NCBI GenBank assembly: GCA_950097015.1
Contig: CATNEN010000005.1
Coordinates: forward strand, 3,844,001-3,908,000
DNA: 64,000 bases
Reading direction: 5' to 3'
DNA from: Macrostomum hystrix
Lineage: Eukaryota; Animalia; Platyhelminthes
The notes below the pieces were generated by a model, which did not search any database, had not been told where the DNA came from, and saw nothing but the letters and a program-made list of their open reading frames with translations. Below are positions 12,514-23,352 of this stretch, in pieces. The position numbers were made by a program, and so were the translations under genes. How positions within the stretch are numbered: the stretch's first letter is position 1; each line of letters starts with the position of its first letter.

Positions 12514-13170
12514 TTGTTCTATATTGTTCTATATTGTTCTATATTAAACATATAGTTGTTATAGCCTTAAATTGTTAATACTTTTTGAATGAATCACATA
12601 GAAAAATCTAACGGTAATAATACAATATACAGTAGAGTAAGGTAAAATAAGAACACAAACTCCACGGTATTCTACTTATAAAATTAGATAGTAGTACATC
12701 ATGCGCAATACGGTATAATCCTCTGTCTTCTTCTTCTTATTATTATTGTTATTAAGCAACAGATAATAATTGCAAACCAGTTTTTAATGCTTGTCAATCA
12801 TCTGCTCAATTTTAAGTAAAGTTAGATCAAAGGAACCTGCCGACAATGACAGTGACAAGACACAACTATAGACATGTCATCCATCAATTATGTTAGTAAC
12901 CTTCCCATGCGAAAATAAACGGTGATAATAAATCAAGTGATAACGTTGACAACCTGGACAGTCACCTGTCAGACTCATCAAAAGAAGAGGATCTTGACAG
13001 GTGGTTCCTTCTTAAAACTGTAAATACAAGCAACTTTTTGAGCCGTCGACTCTTCACAGGGCGATAGAGCACGAAATAACTGGCCTCATTGACTGAATGC
13101 CAATGAGGACTACAAAAGAAGAAAGGAATTGAGTACCAGTGCACCATCAACTTATAACTCCGGAGCACTA

Positions 13171-14110
13171 ATGTACAATTATCAAAAATGCATCTCCAAA
13201 CTGCTACGGCTGGACCTCATACTCACACTGCTGTGCTTCGCGTGGCTATTCGGCATCTTGCATCATTCCGGCGAGACGGAAGCCGGCATCGAGTCGGTCA
13301 TGGCCCGCGCGTTGGCCAAAATTGTCCTGAGGACTTTTGTCAGTCCTAGCGCTGCTGAAGTAACTACAGCTGCGCCCCTGCAGGAGTTCAAGTGACGCTG
13401 GCATAAGTAAAAGCGGTTCAACCAAACTGATTCCCAGGCCCGTGACAACAAATCGGCGAGAGTCTTTCCCGAACCTAGCTCGAAATTCGACACTACTCGC
13501 ATACCGTAAATTCTGCATCATACTTGGATCAGCGATAAAATCCCTTCTTCTTACGTGCCATTTGTAAAGAGCTGGATGAGCCACAGTCCGCCATTAAGCT
13601 ACTACTATTGGACGGATGCATGGTCGGCGGAATTCGTTGCCAAGCACTATCCGTACCTGCTGGCCATGTTCAAGGACTACAAGGTGAAACTGAACAGTGC
13701 TGACGCCATTCGCTACATGCTGCTGCATCACTGTGGAGGTGCTATGCCGATATGGACATGCTGCGACTGATGGACCTCACAGCATTGCTTAGCAGTACTC
13801 AGCCAGGAGCGCTACGAGATAACCTGACTCTACGGGGGCATCGACAACAGTGTGATGAACGCCATCATGCTCAACTCGCCCGGCCACCGCTTCATGGAGT
13901 TTATTGTCAAAGCGTTGCCAAGATACGCACATCACTCGCCTAATGTGATGGAGTCGACTGGGCCTTTCATTCTGCAGTATGTCTGCAACGAGTTTGTCAA
14001 GACGCTGCCATGCAGCCTCTCGGAGGCGAGCTGTCGCTGCTCGGTTGCGGATCCGTACATGTTCATGCCGCAGACGTGTTCATTAACGGACCAACAATGT
14101 ACTAACAAAC
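13171..14110 (+). pseudogene. Glycosyltransferase family 32 (DxD sugar-binding, Och1/SUR1/A4GALT-like) pseudogene
   Basis: N-terminal signal-anchor, then IP*ILHHTW (family motif IPKIIHQTW), YYYWTD, IRYMLLHHCGG, YADMD (DxD), NAIMLNSPGHRF and STGP. In-frame stops at 13393, 13408, 13507 and 13825; frameshifts near 13741 and ~13790. Confidence 0.85.
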
Positions 14111-14651
14111 TATCGATGAAATTTATACCGCAAAAATTTATTTATTTACTCGCAATCTCTCTTTCAAAAAACCTCAAGATCGATGCACACTTTTGTACGA
14201 AACGCGTCGTTCTAATTAATTATATTTAATCATAATCGAATTATATCGAATACTGCATGTTGATTTCCGGATTTCTCTTCATCTTACTTGAAAAGCGAGC
14301 AACTTTACCTAACAGATATTTCATTTAATAACGCCTTTCTTTTATTCAAAGAATAAAATGTAAATTTTTATTTATTAATTTGAATTAGCATTTTTCTGTT
14401 TCCAAGATTGAAAGCTGTAAAAGTGAATGTAATAATCAAGTTGAGCACGCTGAACATACTACTAATGCAGATATGTAGAGAAGTAGATTGAACTAGCACA
14501 TGTAATTCCACTAAAAAGAATTTCAGATTTTGCGACCTGTCGATTGCATTGTTGAGGGTAGAATGACTAGAATCATGCAGATTTTTTTAATGTGAGATGG
14601 TGAGCTCAATCAGGGCTGCTTCAAGGCTTTGAGTAGCACAGCACTATAGCG

Positions 14652-14954
14652 CTGTGTGAGCACTCATTGTCTCTGCTCTACGCAAAGAGTTTGACAGGAG
14701 GACAGAGAGACCCAGTCGAGACCAAGCATATTTTATTGCCCTTAACAAATAGCTGGAGATGCATAAAGCTGAACTTTGAGAAGCTAGGGACTCAGTGAGG
14801 CTGACAGAGAGAAAGAGACTCTGGGTTAGGGAGACTGCGATATAGAGAGGCAAATAGAAGGGACGGCACATATAAGCAGTGCCATTGGCAAAGCATATTG
14901 GCAAGCTGTAATTGAGTGCGTGTACTAGACCCCCCTAGTGAGGCTGGTAGATAC
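14652..14954 (-). mobile_element. Possible solo LTR
   Basis: Minus strand runs TGTATC...CACA with an internal TATA-like box and a downstream AATAAA; no target-site duplication found. Confidence 0.3.
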
Positions 14955-15262
14955 ACTTGCTGAATTTGTTCTGAATTGCATCGGACAGAGGCACCCCGCC
15001 TAATAAACCTATTCTAAGTTGAATGATAAAATGAACGCTATTTCAGACAGCAGATATATACCGAGATAAAGAGACTGCGAGATAGGAAGAAAGCAAACCA
15101 GTGAAAAGTAAGCGGCGAAGACTTATCAGTTTAATGCAAAATAAAAACATTATAAGAAGAAGGCTTAAAGACTTCGCTTTAGTGGCATAATAACGCGGTG
15201 TGTTAATTTATAATGCTCGAATAGGACAAAAAATACAGTGTGCCACCCACAATATCCACCCC

Positions 15263-15276
15263 GTTGCCATGGAGAC
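15263..15276. promoter_or_regulatory. RFX X-box-like motif GTTGCCATGGAGAC
   Basis: Matches GTTNCCATRGNRAC and overlaps the first ATG of the orphan ORF. Confidence 0.4.
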
Positions 15277-16204
15277 TGGAGGCGGTGGCTATTCGTGTTT
15301 CTTTAATCCTCGCTACAGCGACTGCTTGAAAGAGATGCTGCTGCAGTCTGTGCAGAGCGGCGGGGAGCCGCAGCGCCAGTTCGATAGGCACGCCTGCCAG
15401 GGCCCTCTGAGCGCTGACAGCTGCGCGGTGGCCATAGACAGCGGCCAATTAGCCGCCATGCGATCCGGATGGGACGCCGGCGTCGGACCCTATCCGGCGT
15501 TTAAAGTGCAACAGCGTGCCGGTCCGCTGCTGACGCACGACAATCTGCTGACTGTGATGCGCGCCAGGCGCCTGGGACCACTCCGGCTCAGAGGGCTGCC
15601 GCCGCAACCGCTGCAAGCGTTGGCAGCTCATCTTCAGCCGGAGCAGGGGCCAACGCACAGCGCACGTGAGCCTCAGCAGATGACAGCTCCGCCAGACACA
15701 TGTTTAAGCTATCGCGATCGCAAGGATCAACAGAGATTCGCCCCGCCAGTCTCGTCGCGTCGCTCGCTGCCAAACCTGCCGTTCTCGACCGTTCCCATGG
15801 ACAGCATCGACCGTGAGACGCCGCAGATTCTCCTTCAACCAGCGGCTCCGGGACCCGACGTCGACAGCGAAGCTGAGTTAGTTTCCCACGTCAACGGGGA
15901 GCATTTGAAGTCCGCTGTCGGGGTGGACATGCTTGAACCCGGCGCGTTAAGCCTGTCCTTCAATTATAACCGATTCAGAGAGCGCCTAGCCCGATGGGAG
16001 GAGGCGGCAGAGGCGGCGGTGGTGGCTGCAGCTCCGGTTTCCGGCTCTGAACTGGTGCGACTGCACCGGAGACCAGCCGCCGGGCTGCAGATTCGCTCCG
16101 TAGTAGTCGCCGACCGACAAGCTGGGCCGACAAGCGGGCGCGGCGGCGCCACAATGAAAGGTCGGCCGCGACGACAAGCACTGAGCAACCAGCAGCGAAG
16201 ATGA
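15269..16204 (+). CDS. Single-exon hypothetical protein (~311 aa from the ATG at 15269), no recognised family
   Basis: Long GC-rich ORF with AT-rich flanks and no convincing domain; only faint PDZ-like words (ELVSHVNGEHL, VRLHRRPAAGLQI). Confidence 0.5.
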   Translation: METGGGGYSCFFNPRYSDCLKEMLLQSVQSGGEPQRQFDRHACQGPLSADSCAVAIDSGQLAAMRSGWDAGVGPYPAFKVQQRAGPLLTHDNLLTVMRARRLGPLRLRGLPPQPLQALAAHLQPEQGPTHSAREPQQMTAPPDTCLSYRDRKDQQRFAPPVSSRRSLPNLPFSTVPMDSIDRETPQILLQPAAPGPDVDSEAELVSHVNGEHLKSAVGVDMLEPGALSLSFNYNRFRERLARWEEAAEAAVVAAAPVSGSELVRLHRRPAAGLQIRSVVVADRQAGPTSGRGGATMKGRPRRQALSNQQRR

Positions 16205-16854
16205 CGTCACGCTTCAAGAATATGTTACCAATGGCGATGCTCTTAATGCGGAACTGTACATTACACCTTTTAACACCATGCATCAAATCTATGCGCCTGC
16301 TATTCCCCTTTTCTGGTTTGTGAGCTCTGCATTTCCTAGACATCATTCAACCTCCTCTCCGCCCCATTCATCCTCCTTTCCGCCCATTCATCCTCCTTTA
16401 CGCCCCATTTGCATATTGGACTCCTTTCCGCCTATATGTGCTCCATATTACAGCAATGTATCTTGAGGATCTCCCTTGTGCTGAAGTATCCTATTTCACG
16501 AGTACATATGTAGGGTTTATTTGTTTGAATATTTCATAATGAATCATAGCATTTGTTGAATTTGTGTATACATAGACATCTATAGACATACATGACTGTA
16601 TAATCAGTATTCTCAGATCAATCTATTGCGTAATACTTTTCATTGTTTCCAGAAGTGTATTATATACTTCTCGATCTATGACAGAAGACTAATATTTTGC
16701 TAAATATAAAGTGTCTTCTTTCCTATGTTTGTAGCCATCAAAAGCTTTTTATTTTAGTCAGAATTCAAATTGGATTCACATTTCACAGAAAATCAATTAG
16801 AGGCAATCTGTGATTCTGGCATAAAATTAGCCATGACTTTCCTTTTACACCGGC

Positions 16855-16926
16855 TCCTCGATAGTATAGTGGTCAGTATCTCCGCCTGTCACGTGGAAGG
16901 CCCGGGTTCGATTCCCGGTCGGGGAG
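16855..16926 (+). tRNA. trnD-GTC: tRNA-Asp (GTC)
   Basis: 72-nt TCCTCGATAGTATAGTGGTCAGTATCTCCGCCTGTCACGTGGAAGGCCCGGGTTCGATTCCCGGTCGGGGAG: canonical eukaryotic Asp cloverleaf with anticodon GTC, followed by a T5 Pol III terminator at ~16932. Confidence 0.95.
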
Positions 16927-18262
16927 AATTGTTTTTGCCGTTTTTATTTATGTGACGAAAAAATAAATAAAGTCGTCAGTTCAGTGCAACAAAAATTGCG
17001 AGTAGTAGGTCAATTATAATCGCTAATTTTTTTACGTTACTTCGATTTTTGGAGAACGTAAAACTATTTTTTATAATTCTAATTTTTAGTTTAACATTAA
17101 TTTCATAACTATGTGTTATTCCGTCCAAGCGGATAAAGTAAACAATTGAAAATTATTTATCTCTGGTAGATGTTTATTACTTGATCTTCTATAATTAAAT
17201 AGAACACATCGGTACTGTTGTAAAGTTTGACTGCCGATATGTATCGAATTTCACTATTTCTTTTAGGCATTTAGTCTTATTTAAGAAAGTTTTCAAGTTG
17301 AAGAGTTAAGTCGTTTATTAGTTAATGTATTTTACTAATTGTAGATTTTTATACTGTTTAAGATAAGTAATGATCTTAAAATAAATTATCGATAAATTGT
17401 CATGCTCGAGGCCATTTTATTAGGATTAAAACTGTTCAATTGACATTTTTAGCACAGCTCTGTACTGCAGAGTCCCCGTCACCTATTCTTATTGTAACGT
17501 TACATTATCTTAATTTTTTCAAAACAATTTCTTTTAATAAAATAAATCCAAATGCTAGTTTTTAGCACATCTTTAACCAGCAATAATTAACTTTTTTGCA
17601 CAATAACTATTTTAACTAGCAGGACACGAGTATGCTTATAAGTAGCATGTACGGAATGTTATAAAATTGTGTTTATTACAAAATTAACAAGTATAAAGAA
17701 TGTAAGACAAAAAATGAGCTTTGCTGGTTTTATATCAAAGCTGCTTGCGTTTCAAAAAGATTTAGTCCAAGATAATTCAACATGCTTAACGTCAGTTCTA
17801 AATGTAAAATGAAATTAACTATGTTTAGCCGCACTGCATGCATAATCAGGAAGTAAGATAGCTAGTTCAATTGCGAATAAAGAATTTTGCAGCTCGTCAA
17901 TTTTTGCCGCTGATTTAATTGCTTAACCAGTAGCTGCGTTATACACACGTGCTGTACGTTACTGCACACTTTTTGTACAGGGGTATAAAATTTTAAAGAA
18001 AAAGTAAATACGCACAACTTCTAATAACATTTTGAGTTATTCGTATATATAAAGCGAACAAGCCATTTTTAGCTAATGTTTTACAATCTAATGCGCAATT
18101 TTTGTGTACTACGCTTTTGTACTCGTAAAAGTTATGTCCTCGCATGACATAGATGAACACGCTGTACAACCAATGCGCTCTCATAACGCTTCGACCCGTT
18201 AACAATATTTCGTATTACACACACAAAGCTTTTGTTGCTACTCTGTTTAGCGGTATACAAGT

Positions 18263-19913
18263 TCAAACCTCACCGTCGTCAAGCTCGCCACGTTGATTAG
18301 CAATTAGCGGCCTAGCCGGGGCGAGCCGCATCGGGGGTCCTTGAGGATTTCGTTGCACTTCCCTGAGTCTCTGACGGCGATGCTCGAGCTGCAGCTGGTT
18401 GAGCTGTCGGCGCTGCTCCGGATCGCTGATGCGCCACTGGTAGACACACTGGCAGGTCAGATTTCCCAGGGCCACAATGGCCAAAAGGAGGCCGCAGGCG
18501 AATGCTGCGCCGGCCGCTTTGGACGCCAGACTTGTGACGGCCTCGCGACACGGACCCGACGCAGGCTGGTGTTTTGGGAGTATAGGTTTGGCGGAGTTGA
18601 ATAGTGAGTTAAAATGCTTTACGGGCTCGTTCAAGTAGATCCAGGTAAATAAATACTAGTACAGATGCACCAAATTTTAGGAAGATATAGGTAGAATTGG
18701 GGGCCAGATTTACAGGCAGTAGAGAGGCACAGTATACCCGCAGCTATTGCGCGGCGCATCCTGATGTCTATGCCGATACAGCCGATAGTCCATGAAATCT
18801 GCACCGGGGGTTAAAGCAATGTTGAATAAAAGTGACTTGCTCAGGGACATTGTTTGTTTCATCTGGACTGAGATCGGAAAAATATGGAAAGCTGATATGT
18901 GCAATATAGGTGCATCCATCATTCTAACCAGTTGTGGTCGCGTGGCTGAAGTTGAGACGTTAGCCGGACCGTCAGTGGATGAGCAGACCGACCGATGCGC
19001 CGTAGTCAAATTCCATCCGCTGCAATTTAGACTGGTCTGCAGCTGGTCGACTAGCCAGTCAGTGCGACAGTCGCGTACCAGCTGAAAATTTCTCTCCACA
19101 ACTCGTAAAGCGGCTTCTTGGCCGGCAAAGAAGCCGACTCCCAAAAGCAGGGAAGTGACTGCCAGGAGCAGCAAGGCGATTAGGTGCAGCAGAGTAGCCG
19201 GCAGTTGACCGGTGCGCAGCGAGGTCCAGCCGAAGATGCCGGCGAGGGCGAGAAGCAGCGGCAGGAGAAGGGCCACAGCACTGGCCTTAGAAATGGGATG
19301 AATAAAAGTTATAATATCTGCAGGAGGGCTGTGAGCAATGGCAAATGATTTGGTGACACTAATAGACCCGCAGCCAGCGTGGAGGCAATTCTGCCCATTT
19401 TGCTGACTCCTGAGCACACACACACACAGATACGAGTACCGTACGCAGGCACACACTCACACAGGTGTGTACAACTGCTCTGACTTTCTCATCGTCAGGC
19501 AGTGCAAGCTTCACTGAGCCTCGGAGGTTGGCCCTCAAGGGCGTGAATCGCACGACAAGCCCCAAGCCTTCTCTTCGCGGCTGCTCTCCAAATAAATGTG
19601 GCCTCGCCGCAGAATCGAACTTAGGGACCTTGGCGCGAGAGGCAAACTCGTTAACCGCTTAAGAGGACCCCCGAAATGGGATGAAAGCATTTTGACTTCG
19701 AATACCATACGGAACATATTTTTGAGAATGAAACAAAAAATTTCGTCAGGGATTTCTCACCTCAGCAAAGCTCAAGCCAGACGGTTGGCAGCAGTGAAAA
19801 TGGCGCGCAGGGCTGAACGTCAGCACAGCGTACAGCACCAGCAAGCACAGGGACATCAGCAGGAACAAAGTGCTGAATGCCAGGAGATAACGAGACAATT
19901 TCTTAGTTTTCAT
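18263..19913 (-). CDS. Tetraspanin-like 4-TM protein (~270 aa). Predicted exons 19913-19761, 19285-18929, 18565-18263
   Basis: Four hydrophobic segments spaced like a tetraspanin; the large loop has QLQTSLNCSGW (CCG position) and a Cys (GPCRE) before TM4. GT-AG phase-0 junctions give an open frame. Confidence 0.6.
19420..19660 (-). mobile_element. SINE family A copy, in tetraspanin intron 1
   Basis: Reverse complement of the 6431-6692 element (GGCCCTCAAGGG, ATGTGGCCTCGCCG, AGGGACCTTGGCGCGAGAGGCAAAC). Confidence 0.8.
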
Positions 19914-20952
19914 CTTTTGTGCTGCTTCTCTCAAATTCTAACAGACTTTTTTGGCCCTTGCTAACTAATGTTTTTCTGTTCAGCTGGCAACTTCAGCGCA
20001 TTTCCTTTCATACCACATGCACATTTGGGAGGCCGCAGCAGAGAGGCGGCTTGGTCACACAGGTTTCGGTCGTATATTTATATGTTCACGATACCAGCAC
20101 ATGCTTGAAAGCTAGCTTATCTAAGATTTCCACGCTAGCGATCTGGAGAAACAAAAAAGACGAATGTGCACGCAATAGCGCACGAAATACCAGAAGAGCT
20201 CGCATAGTTTCTATAGGGCGCGGGTCCTCATTCGTGGACGAAGGAAGAGTTCCTTACGGTTGCTTTTGCTTGCGCACAAATCCGTGCAAGTTAATCAGAT
20301 TTTCTACACTTTCCTGCTTTGTACATATCGCGAGCAATTGATCCAAGGACCAAGGTATAGCAATTTCAGCTTAGAGCATGAACAAAATGTGCCGCTTTCC
20401 GGAAAAGACGTCACTGACACTTGGATTTTTCGCGCACAAACTTAAATTTCATATCTTCCTGTAGCGCTTATTCGCCGAGCTAATTGTTAAAAATGAAAAA
20501 TTTAATCTGTTTACAAAATAAAAAAAATAATTATTCAACTCATTACGCTTTCAGTTGCCTCTGATCTTAAATCCTAAAATAGAATAGGATTCCTATTTAA
20601 ACTTTGCTTGCCTAGGGGCCTATCGGTATCTCACTAGCTGTCAGTGCCCCACCTAGGTTGCTTAGATGCCTTTCGTTGGCACTGAGTGACTGACCGACTC
20701 TCTTTGGTGTCGTCTCTCTCTGCCCGCCTGTTCCCCTTAGCCGCGCCTGCACTTTGGGTGTGCTTTCTCTCCCACTGCCAGGGATGAGTCATCACCTCTT
20801 TATCCTACCTGCACCCTTTCTTGTGTGTGCCTGTTTGGCCTTAGCCATCACGCGTTTCGTCTCACGTGACGCGTCTCTCTTTGTCTTCTAAAATTGCAGT
20901 AAACATGTTTTATGCACTTGGTGCTTCGATTATAATTCAGGGCCTACGTAGG

Positions 20953-21406
20953 AGTAACGTTTGCGCGCCAGTGACGTCAGTTGCTATTTTTAGAATCACG
21001 TGCTTTCTAACTGGCCCTATGCGAGGCCTATAAATCCCTGCCTATAAAAGAAGCACCGCTTCCTCGCTCCTTTTCATGAGTCTTTGAAATTACAGTCTTA
21101 GTCTTTGAGTCTTTCGTATTCGCAAGCTTTTGTTAAGTCTTTAGTTTGACTTTAAATTTTTACTATCGGTGTTCGAGTTCCCTGCATCTGTCTCGGTGTG
21201 CGCGTGATTGTTAGTAAGCTCTGTTAGTCCCGAAACTAATTTAGCCTTCCACCCCACCTGAGCTACGCAGGACTCTGACAGCCTCTATCTGCGCCTGGAA
21301 ATCTGCACGGTGTGCGACTCTCGAGATCGTTTCGTGACTTCATCCTTTTCGGGCCAAGGACCCTTCACCTCACCGAAGGCAGAAGACCTGACGCCATGGT
21401 GGCAGC
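20953..21406 (+). mobile_element. LTR remnant with primer-binding-site-like sequence
   Basis: TATAAAAG box; ends ...GACGCCA at 21396 and is immediately followed by TGGTGGCAGC, a common LTR-retrotransposon PBS start. No internal coding region follows. Confidence 0.4.
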
Positions 21407-23352
21407 ACTAATACGCTACTGTAGAAAGTAGTAAAATATGCCATTTGTTTAGCGCGCTACTTAAAGTAATATCACAAGGAAACCTTAGCTATAACGTTAA
21501 ATATATTTTTAGAAATGAGTCATGCGCTATTTTTAGAAACAAAGTCATGTGACATGAAACCGGAGAACCGGTTCTCGACAGCTGCATATGCATGAATTCC
21601 AAATATGGTAAAATAAACAACTATGACTCATCGGTTTCTGCAGCTGTATTTACAAATATTCCAAATATGGTAAAACTCACAATCATGACTCACTAAACAA
21701 ATATGTATGACCTAAGTAATACTACACTACTACACCCGGTAGTAGAACCGGTTTTCGCCAAAATTATACTATAAATACAAGCGAAAATCCGAGCTGAAAA
21801 TTCAGACTTGGAGCGGTCCAGCGGATTTTGAGGAAGTTCAAAGAAGAAGAAGAGGACTCATCTCTGAGGGAAATACAAGTGGTAAGCGCTTTACTAGACA
21901 GAGTTATTTATTGCTAGTAATCGTTGTTGAATTGAACTAAGCTTACGAGAACCACATGTCGTCGGTACATTTGAGAAAGGCCTCCTTGTTTCCTAGGATA
22001 CATTCCTAGAGGATTATTGATTGATTGATTTGAGTTATCTGTTATCTTTCGGAGGTAACGAAGAAGACGCCCTTCAGGAGGACCTATCAGAGAGACACAA
22101 GAGATTTCGATTGTTCACTAGGGCGCACGTTCTACTGTTAATTCCGAGCTCGCAGACATTGTTAAGAATTCTGATTCGCTCTCGTCACCGGTTGACCTAC
22201 AGATACGATTTAAGCACAGCCTAGAACAGCGGTCCGCTTTGCAACTTTAGACTTCCAGGGAGAATAATACTCGTCAGAAGCCCACTACACAAGCGAAGAA
22301 GTGAAGACCCGGCCGGACAAAGTATAAATCGAGATTCGCGCGGAAGACATTAACTTCAGTAAGTGTCACGTGACTTTCGTAATTCCTAGGCAATTGTTCC
22401 CGATTGAAGGAACATTGGTTGAAACGATCTGCTATTCAGGAATAAATGCGGTTATATAACCATTACTGCGACAGTGCATAATTCGATCATTGTGGTGTGG
22501 CGAGCCTCCTGCTAAAAGTGTTCTAGGTGCGAGCATTAACCATGGCTCCTCAAACTTCTCTACCTGACACTTCTCCTCCAGAACATGCACACATTTGGGC
22601 AGTACACTTAAGCCTCTAATTTTTTCCGCTTAAATAGATAAATATTTTGCCTCAGAAACCTCGTCATTAGGTTATTTTTTGAAAATATTACTTGACTATC
22701 GATAAATACAGTACTAAAAGTATTTGAATATTGACGTCGTCATTAATTAAAATAGATATGTCGTATTTCATGCTTTTAGGGATATAACGCTTTAATAAAC
22801 TGAATTTTTTAAGCATTGTTGACAAAGATTATACCGGGAATATACATATGATACTGCTTCTAAATTTTGAAGCAAAGGAGCAAGTATCTGTTTACCAGCA
22901 ATTAGGAAAAAAATTGAAATAAAACGGCGCTCAATTAGCAAAAATTAACAAGAAAAAACCAAAACGAAAATCGTACTTCGAGTGTCCTGACTCCGTTTTG
23001 AAATTTAACGACAAGTGAACTTAAATTTTAGCTGCAATAGTATTCGCTTTTAAACTAAACCGCTTTCTAATCATCACTTGCTGTATTCTGGAATTAAAGA
23101 TTTCAAGTCCACGAAATTTTAAACTTTCTTGTAGCTTTTCGACTGCGTGAATTTAATTCTCGAACTATTAAAAATATTTTGTCAAGACTACCACCACGAA
23201 TAAACAGAACCAAATGAGAGAGTTGCATAATAACTTATCAAAAAGTGAAAATCTGTTTACCGACAGCGAAAGAATAGCGATGCCTTATTTGTATTTGTTA
23301 TAGTGAATTTTGTCGAGCAATCAAAACTTTCGTTCAGCTTCCAACGAAATAG

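Noticed and set aside
13393-13827. Stop-codon readthrough or an alternative genetic code in the GT32 ORF
   Set aside because: Frameshifts co-occur, and neighbouring genes use TAA/TAG/TGA as normal stops. A 46-nt GT-AG candidate intron at 13392-13437 would not restore the frame.
18710-18930. ORF-track C-terminus of the 248-aa minus ORF as part of the tetraspanin
   Set aside because: A GT donor at 18928 and a phase-0 acceptor at 18566 give a better 4-TM protein; this stretch is probably intron, though a small exon is not excluded.
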